Sequence record: OM386655.1
Reading direction: 5' to 3' (one strand)
Source of the DNA: Escherichia phage vB_EcoM_ESCO10
Length of the DNA stretch: 64,000 nucleotides
Every line of letters begins with the position of its first letter. The first letter of the stretch is position 1. A program made the position numbers and the translations under genes. A model generated the notes under the pieces. It did not search any database. It worked only from the letters and a program-made list of their open reading frames with translations, and was not told the DNA's origin. Positions 58,414 through 64,000 of the stretch are shown here, piece by piece.

Positions 58414-59088
58414 TTATCGATTTTTTACACTCAAAGGGTCTGGATTCTCAGGGACATCTTCCAGGCTTAAAGCGTATCGTTGGGCGTATTTAAGCATCAA
58501 GATATCCTTAGCACAGTCATGGATAGAGTCGTGAGCTACGAATCCTTTCAATGTCCCAAACGGCAGCGGACACATGCTTAATCCACGAGTCAACGAATAC
58601 GCTTCAATAGCAGTACGGATATCGCGTTGGTTCCAGAATTTAACAGGTTCTAACTTAGAGGTATCGATTTCATTCTCAGGAACACCTTCAGAACGGTATG
58701 CATCACGGATTAAGTCGACCAAGATTGGAAAATCAAAGGACATTCCACGACACCACATCTGGGATTTCCATTGGTCTACTTCGTTTTTGCGACAGTATTC
58801 TAAGAAGTTACCAAGCCCAATAGAAGTAGACACATCAATTTCAGACGGGGCTAGGTTTTTACGTGCTTCAGGCCCTTGCTCTTTCCACCATTGGAGGGTG
58901 CTTTTAGAGAACAGACGTTTATCGCGCTGAGAAGCAAGGTCAAATTTAATACGAAGGCCACGTTGAGTAAGCTCTTCAAATGATTCTACTATTTCCGGAT
59001 TAGGGTCATAAGCAATTACAGCTAGGTCAATAACAGCTGCATTCTGGGTAGTGGCAAAGGTTTCAAAGTCAATAATTATATCTTTCAT
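58414..59088 (-). CDS. dexA: exonuclease A (DnaQ-like 3'-5' exonuclease)
   Basis: 224 aa; N-terminal IIIDFETF exo-I-like motif; position between dda and gene 39 as in T4. Confidence 0.6.
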   Translation of the reverse strand: MKDIIIDFETFATTQNAAVIDLAVIAYDPNPEIVESFEELTQRGLRIKFDLASQRDKRLFSKSTLQWWKEQGPEARKNLAPSEIDVSTSIGLGNFLEYCRKNEVDQWKSQMWCRGMSFDFPILVDLIRDAYRSEGVPENEIDTSKLEPVKFWNQRDIRTAIEAYSLTRGLSMCPLPFGTLKGFVAHDSIHDCAKDILMLKYAQRYALSLEDVPENPDPLSVKNR

Positions 59089-59324
59089 TTAATGTACCTC
59101 ATAAGGTCCCGGATTTGGCCAACGGTGTAGTCTTCAATATAAACCGAAGAGATATTGTCGTCCATCAGATTTTGCACTGCAATAAAATCACTTTCAATCT
59201 CTTTAAGTGAATGCAAGACCTTATGAGCCTTACCACGGATATTTGTATCGTCCGGGTTGACCTTAATGATATATTCTGTTTCAAATTTCAACTTATAAAA
59301 CTGGTCTTTAGTTACTTTAATCAT
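59085..59324 (-). CDS. hypothetical protein (~79 aa)
   Basis: Track ORF 59085..59375 trimmed to MIKVTKDQ.. just after dda stop; ATGA overlap with dexA. Confidence 0.4.
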   Translation of the reverse strand: MIKVTKDQFYKLKFETEYIIKVNPDDTNIRGKAHKVLHSLKEIESDFIAVQNLMDDNISSVYIEDYTVGQIRDLMRYIK

Positions 59325-59331
59325 ATTTTCC

Positions 59332-60663
59332 TCAAACGTAATAGGCATCAGTACGAGCACGAGTAATACTAACATAAGCTAGCTGTGAAGCTAAATTAGC
59401 ATCAGCCATGTGCATACATGGGGTATAGATGAAACTATTCTGGACTGTGAGCCCCTGTGATTTATGAACAGTGCTCACCGGAAGAGCTCGAACCTTAGTA
59501 AACATTCTCTTGGCTTTCCAGAAATCAGCCCACTTAGGTTTCTTACCGGACCCACGCATAGCCTTATACTCAGTAGCAACCTTGGCCAAGAAATAATGGA
59601 ACTTCTCAACTGAAGCCTCATCAATAACCTTGATATGCTCTACGTAATACTCGTCATCTTCATCAATAGATTCAACCTGGAGGTCCCAGTAATTAACCAT
59701 TTGGCGAGTGCCTACATCCTTAGCAGACAAGAACATTGAGGTATGGTTCACATCTAGAATACGAACCAACTGCCCGTTATTAAAAATGGTTTCAGAGAAT
59801 TTCTTACCATCGTATTCAAGTTCCTTCATAAAAGGCTCTTGCATCACAAGGATTTCGCCCTTGATATAAGGGTCTTCGGTTTCGTAAAGCTTTTTACGGA
59901 TAATGCTATTAAGCTTTTCAACCGATTTATTTGTATAAGCAAACATCCTGTTCTCAAACAGTGCATCTGCATCTTTTACGATGGAAAAATAATTCATCAT
60001 AAAATCTTTTAAAGCGGTTTGGGATTTAAAACCATGAACACCATGGCCTTCGAATATGCAATCTCTAAACCAGCCGCCATTACGGATTTCAGTAGCAACC
60101 TCAATGATAGGAGCATTACTACGCATCACTTCAGTCAGATGTAGCTGTTTAATTTTAGGATGTGTAAAGAATGGAGACAACTGAGGGCTTCCATCACTTC
60201 CGGGTTCTACAGGTTGTAACTGTGCTCGGTCACCAATTCCCAGTACAGTGCACCATGGTGGAACCGAAGCTTCAATAATCTTAAACAACTTACCGTCAAT
60301 CATTGAGCCTTCATCAACAACTAGCACATTACATTTGCTCATGTCCGGAGCTTCGCGTTGTTCGAAGATATCCTGGTCTTCGTATGTAGTCGGGTTAATC
60401 TTTAAGATTCGATGAATTGTCGATGCTTCTTGGCCTGCAAGTTTAGACAATACCTTTTTGGCTGCGTGTGTAGGTGCAGTCAAAATAACTCCGAGTTCAC
60501 CATTCTTGACCAAGTGGTCAAGAATAAATTTAGTAAGGGTTGTTTTACCTGTACCGGCAGGGCCATTCAATGTAATCCATTCGCCCTTACGTCGTTTAAT
60601 AGCTTCAATGATTTCTTTAAAGGCAGTCCGTTGTCCGATATTCAAGTCTTCAAATGTAATCAT
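59332..60663 (-). CDS. dda: Dda DNA helicase (SF1B)
   Basis: 443 aa; Walker A GPAGTGKTT; strong similarity to recalled T4 Dda across the whole length. Confidence 0.85.
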   Translation of the reverse strand: MITFEDLNIGQRTAFKEIIEAIKRRKGEWITLNGPAGTGKTTLTKFILDHLVKNGELGVILTAPTHAAKKVLSKLAGQEASTIHRILKINPTTYEDQDIFEQREAPDMSKCNVLVVDEGSMIDGKLFKIIEASVPPWCTVLGIGDRAQLQPVEPGSDGSPQLSPFFTHPKIKQLHLTEVMRSNAPIIEVATEIRNGGWFRDCIFEGHGVHGFKSQTALKDFMMNYFSIVKDADALFENRMFAYTNKSVEKLNSIIRKKLYETEDPYIKGEILVMQEPFMKELEYDGKKFSETIFNNGQLVRILDVNHTSMFLSAKDVGTRQMVNYWDLQVESIDEDDEYYVEHIKVIDEASVEKFHYFLAKVATEYKAMRGSGKKPKWADFWKAKRMFTKVRALPVSTVHKSQGLTVQNSFIYTPCMHMADANLASQLAYVSITRARTDAYYV

Positions 60664-60959
60664 GCCAATTTTACTCGCTTAACATATAAAGTGTCTAAAA
60701 TCAATTTTAATTCTCTGGCTCGTTCTTTGGTAGGAAAAACTGTTTTAGTTTCCCACTTGTCGAACCACCATTTTCTAGGCGTGCACACTGTTTCAAGGCG
60801 TCCAAGCCGAAGATATCTTTTTGTTGTGATTCCGTAAGCCTCTAGAGCGGTGTCGGCTCCTATCTTTGTTGAATACAAAGTCACTTCACCGGCTTCTTCT
60901 AATGGAATTTCATACCCGTCCTTATCTTTATGGACCAATACGTATGCATAGTACATCAC
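60660..60959 (-). CDS. hypothetical protein (99 aa)
   Basis: Track ORF; ATGA overlap with dda. Confidence 0.45.
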   Translation of the reverse strand: MMYYAYVLVHKDKDGYEIPLEEAGEVTLYSTKIGADTALEAYGITTKRYLRLGRLETVCTPRKWWFDKWETKTVFPTKERARELKLILDTLYVKRVKLA

Positions 60960-60960
60960 G

Positions 60961-61704
60961 TTAACCTCTAATCAATGAGAAAATTGAAGCATTCAATGGA
61001 AGACCTTTTTTCAACTTCAATTTGTCAATAAAAGAAAGGTGTTCTAAACGCTCCAGACCTTGAATAATTTTATCATACATATCGTAACGCGTTTCTGCTT
61101 CAGACAATTTAAACTTGGCACGCCAATCAGGCCCACCAATTAAAGATTTAAGCCCTTTTTCCATTATACCAATCGAAGCGTTAGAACCATGGATACGAGC
61201 TTTAACTGCGATAACAGAAGGAGTTTTATCGGTAGCTCCTGATTTAATAAGTTCCTTAAGACGATTTTCACGTTTCTTAAGACCTTTTTGGGTAGCTTTG
61301 ATATTTTTAATGATTTTACGAATTTTATAATAATTATCAGGAGTAACTTTAAAACTATTTGGCATTTTAGAACCGCCTGAAATACGACCTGCTAAACGGG
61401 TCTGAGCACGTTTCAATTCATCAAGAGATAAATCAGCCCGTAAGCCGTTATACTTAACTTTAACCGGGATTACATTACCCTCGACATATCCTAGGCCGTT
61501 ATTGAATCGTTCGAATGATACTTTATCCTGGGTTGAGTCCTCATCAAATCTCTCGCCGGAATAGGCACAGAATTCCTGTCTCAAAAGATTAGCGATATAC
61601 TTGCTAGTCAGATTGAAATCCTTACCTCGGCGCTTAGCAGAAGTTTTAGTGTGCTCACGGCGTTTGTAAACTTTTAACGCAAACTCTTCTTTTGATAAGT
61701 TCAT
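60961..61704 (-). CDS. hypothetical protein (247 aa); Srd-like by position
   Basis: Track ORF between the Mod genes and dda where T4 has srd; basic, Lys/Arg-rich. Confidence 0.45.
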   Translation of the reverse strand: MNLSKEEFALKVYKRREHTKTSAKRRGKDFNLTSKYIANLLRQEFCAYSGERFDEDSTQDKVSFERFNNGLGYVEGNVIPVKVKYNGLRADLSLDELKRAQTRLAGRISGGSKMPNSFKVTPDNYYKIRKIIKNIKATQKGLKKRENRLKELIKSGATDKTPSVIAVKARIHGSNASIGIMEKGLKSLIGGPDWRAKFKLSEAETRYDMYDKIIQGLERLEHLSFIDKLKLKKGLPLNASIFSLIRG

Positions 61705-61744
61705 GATATTTTTCTCATCTTACGGACGATTAGCTAATAGGTCT

Positions 61745-61773
61745 ATAGTATCACGTTACTCTATAAAGTAAAT
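61745..61773 (-). promoter_or_regulatory. early promoter ATTTAC-N17-TACTAT
   Basis: Upstream of ORF 60961..61704. Confidence 0.45.
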
Positions 61774-61780
61774 ACTTTTT

Positions 61781-61805
61781 TGCTTTAAATTTTCAATGGT
61801 ATAAT
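61781..61805 (+). promoter_or_regulatory. plus-strand MotA-box middle-promoter consensus (TGCTTTA-N12-TATAAT), antisense to the Mod gene
   Basis: Exact MotA box and exact TATAAT at canonical spacing, but on the strand opposite to all neighbouring genes; no plus-strand ORF downstream. Confidence 0.3.
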
Positions 61806-61842
61806 GAATCAAGGACTTTGCCTTTCAATTAAACCGGGTAGT

Positions 61843-62457
61843 TCAGTAAGAAAGAACGGAAAGATTCCAGATGGTGTAATTATTCCATTTAGGATTTCTC
61901 TCAATAGAGTCTACGCGCAGCGTAGTTCCCGCAGGGAACATCATCTCATCTTCATCATTTATTAATTGCAAGTTTGCTACACGGGTAGATTCAGGAAATG
62001 CGCCTGGGAACTCTTCAGGGGGCGCAGCACATAACATTTTAAAGATTTCTTCCTGATAATTGTACACAAATGGTGCATCATTAATACAAAAGATGTTAAA
62101 TGTTCCATAGAAGTTATAAGATGCAAAATTCCTTGCCACGTTGAAGTCTTTAGAGAAGCTCATCACGCGGTCGAATTCAATTACCGCACCTACACACATT
62201 GTGGACTCTAGATACTTCATAGTCTTTTTAGATATGCCGCGATAGAGCTTATCGGGCACTACAGAAGACAGGTTCTTACGAATAATTTTGTTCAGAGTTT
62301 CCTGGATACAATCCGGTTTATTTTCCATGCACTGCCAGAGTGTGCTCTGTTCTAAATCAGAATACACCTCATCAATTTCTATCTGAGTATTCTCACGGAA
62401 ATCATCGCATTTGACATTGTTGATAAATTCTGCTAATTTATGGCTTGGGTATAACAT
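61843..62457 (-). CDS. Mod-type ADP-ribosyltransferase (ModA-like by position, 204 aa)
   Basis: R-S-E ART motifs (LYRGIS ... SFSKD ... DEDEMMF); paralogous to the upstream gene; T4 ModA is 200 aa. Confidence 0.6.
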   Translation of the reverse strand: MLYPSHKLAEFINNVKCDDFRENTQIEIDEVYSDLEQSTLWQCMENKPDCIQETLNKIIRKNLSSVVPDKLYRGISKKTMKYLESTMCVGAVIEFDRVMSFSKDFNVARNFASYNFYGTFNIFCINDAPFVYNYQEEIFKMLCAAPPEEFPGAFPESTRVANLQLINDEDEMMFPAGTTLRVDSIERNPKWNNYTIWNLSVLSY

Positions 62458-62482
62458 ATTATTCTCCTCAGTTGATAGAAAG

Positions 62483-62512
62483 ATAGTAACATAAGCTTCC
62501 TTGCTTGTAAAC
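62483..62512 (-). promoter_or_regulatory. early promoter GTTTAC-N18-TACTAT
   Basis: Upstream of ORF 61843..62457; -35 overlaps upstream gene stop. Confidence 0.45.
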
Positions 62513-63084
62513 TAAAAATCTAACATTTTTAAATGGATTGTTTTGTATTCTATTTCAAGTGGGTCTCTTTTGATAGTTTCTATTTCAACAATCTCGAATC
62601 GTGATAGGCTAGAGACCATGAACTCACATTCAGTTTCGACCATATCATAGAGGTCCACACGAGTTTCGTTGATTCCATTGTCTTCTACGTTCCCTGCAAG
62701 AACCAAGTCAATAGCATGGTTGTAGTAGTCAAAAATGAATGGCGCGTTCCTGAGACTTAAAATGGTCTTGGTTCCATATTCCCAAGCGCCTGCGAACTGA
62801 CGAGCTTGCGAGTATTGTGTACTAAAAGAAGTAACACGACCAGGAGACCATTGGCACCCTACTGTAAGAAATCTTAACTGTCTGAGCTCTTCTGGGGTAA
62901 TCCCACGATACAACTCTACAGGAACAGCAGAAGTCATATGCTTACGAACCAGCTTGTCTAGGTCATAATGGAAATTAGGGTCTTCTTTAGAATTCAGACA
63001 TTTCTCTAAAAGGGCTTGTTCAGGTTTTGAGAATTTAGAATTGATTCGGTCTTGATAAAGGCACATTTCTTGTTCGATGTTCAT
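62512..63084 (-). CDS. Mod-type ADP-ribosyltransferase (ModB-like by position, 190 aa)
   Basis: R-S-E ART motifs (LYRGIT ... SFSTQ ... ECEFMV); SD GGAGG upstream. Confidence 0.6.
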   Translation of the reverse strand: MNIEQEMCLYQDRINSKFSKPEQALLEKCLNSKEDPNFHYDLDKLVRKHMTSAVPVELYRGITPEELRQLRFLTVGCQWSPGRVTSFSTQYSQARQFAGAWEYGTKTILSLRNAPFIFDYYNHAIDLVLAGNVEDNGINETRVDLYDMVETECEFMVSSLSRFEIVEIETIKRDPLEIEYKTIHLKMLDF

Positions 63085-63108
63085 ATGACCTCCAGTGATT
63101 TAGAGGTC

Positions 63109-63137
63109 ATTATAACATGAAGGGAGGAGGTGTAAAC
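63109..63137 (-). promoter_or_regulatory. early promoter GTTTAC-N17-TATAAT
   Basis: Upstream of ORF 62512..63084. Confidence 0.5.
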
Positions 63138-63382
63138 TACTTAAACACCCCAAGTGGGACGCCAAACACTGCAATGTCAGCAGCTTGGCCTATTAAGGAT
63201 TGGGTATATGAAGTATAAGAGCTTTTTGTTTGATGAGAGCTTTTTATTTCAGGCATCTTGGTCCCAATCTTAGGAGCTTTTGCCTGAATATTTTTTTGCT
63301 CGATTTCCTTACGAGCTTGTTTACGGTCGATATCCAACGCTGATGTAGGTATATTCGTTAGCCAATTCATTATTTTACCCAA
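63137..63382 (-). CDS. hypothetical protein (81 aa)
   Basis: Track ORF. Confidence 0.4.
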   Translation of the reverse strand: MGKIMNWLTNIPTSALDIDRKQARKEIEQKNIQAKAPKIGTKMPEIKSSHQTKSSYTSYTQSLIGQAADIAVFGVPLGVFK

Positions 63383-63558
63383 GGTGCCCAGGGTGGAGGG
63401 TCTTGATAGTAAGAAGCTAGGTCGCTCAGGACCTCTTTAGGCAACTTAAAGCCGTGCTTCTGTATAATCATATCAAGTTCATTAACAAGGTCAATAGGCG
63501 GCTCCTGAGTTGTTTCGGGCTCAGGGTCCGGGATGACAAACATATCAAATAAATCCAT
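63370..63558 (-). CDS. hypothetical protein (62 aa)
   Basis: Track ORF; Pro/Glu/Asp-rich; 1-nt overlap with upstream gene. Confidence 0.4.
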   Translation of the reverse strand: MDLFDMFVIPDPEPETTQEPPIDLVNELDMIIQKHGFKLPKEVLSDLASYYQDPPPWAPWVK

Positions 63559-63953
63559 TAGTAACCACCGATAGGACCATAGCCATACATACGAGCCCGT
63601 AGCTTAGCATCATGAATAGCTTCTTCAGTAGGGGTAAAGCGTAAACCTATATCAAAGTGTTTCCAAATCTGACATTCTACTTCCGTAAGGTCTTCGATGG
63701 TAGAAATTAAATACGTACGGCCTTTAAGTCGTTCATTGGACATTCTATCAGTATCTTTATAGAAAATATCCATTGTTCCTTCGGCATACGGGTCCGCCGG
63801 ATAACGATATCCTTTGATATGCAACGCTTGAGACACACTAAAAGGACACCCATCAGCAACATCAACGTTTTGGTTATGTCGCGTTTTCATCATAACATTT
63901 TCAGGAAGCTTAATATCTTTTAAGCGCGTTTCTAACTGGGTGATAGAATTCAT
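63558..63953 (-). CDS. hypothetical protein (131 aa)
   Basis: Track ORF. Confidence 0.45.
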   Translation of the reverse strand: MNSITQLETRLKDIKLPENVMMKTRHNQNVDVADGCPFSVSQALHIKGYRYPADPYAEGTMDIFYKDTDRMSNERLKGRTYLISTIEDLTEVECQIWKHFDIGLRFTPTEEAIHDAKLRARMYGYGPIGGY

Positions 63954-64000
63954 ACCGCTGTCAACAAAGATAAGACTGGCCGTAGCATCATAACGGCGTG
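63950..64000 (-). CDS. 3' end of an upstream minus-strand gene, truncated by window end
   Basis: Open frame from window end to a TGA that overlaps the next ATG (ATGA). Confidence 0.25.
   Translation of the reverse strand, partial: HAVMMLRPVLSLLTAV

Noticed and set aside
60412-60837. Plus-strand 141-aa Cys-rich ORF and 60458..60682 overlapping dda
   Set aside because: Antisense to dda; Cys/Phe-rich out-of-frame composition.

Overview
This window is a densely packed segment of a T4-like (T-even, Tevenvirinae-type) myovirus genome. All calls rest on reading the sequence and on recalled T4 protein sequences and gene order; no database search was run. Plus strand: late structural genes, namely the 3' end of baseplate gene 29, genes 48 and 54 (2..3008), and the long-tail-fibre block 34-35-36-37-38 plus holin t (31436..41982), with TATAAATA late promoters. 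Minus strand: early/middle genes in T4 order - two tandem alt paralogs, DNA ligase 30, gene 31, cd, pseT, spanins, rnlA, denA, nrdB, nrdA, td, frd, 32, 59, 33, dsbA, rnh, then asiA, motA, 52, ndd, rIIB, rIIA, 39, dexA, dda and two Mod-type ADP-ribosyltransferases. Regulatory signals are abundant: more than 20 early promoters (GTTTAC, 17-18 bp, TAcTAT/TATAAT), MotA-box middle promoters and UUCG/GNRA tetraloop hairpins. Several six-frame ORFs are over-extended through these promoters, and about ten short genes below the 60-aa cutoff are missing from the track. Compared with T4, gene 39 is intact (no gene 60 split) and td and nrdB have no introns or homing endonucleases. No single obviously novel multi-gene system stands out; the best leads are the tandem alt paralogs, a NADAR-like plus HAD-like gene pair next to ligase, a plus-strand MotA-type promoter antisense to the Mod genes, and clusters of unannotated membrane micro-proteins. 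Coordinates of features not taken from the ORF track are good to about +/-2 nt.
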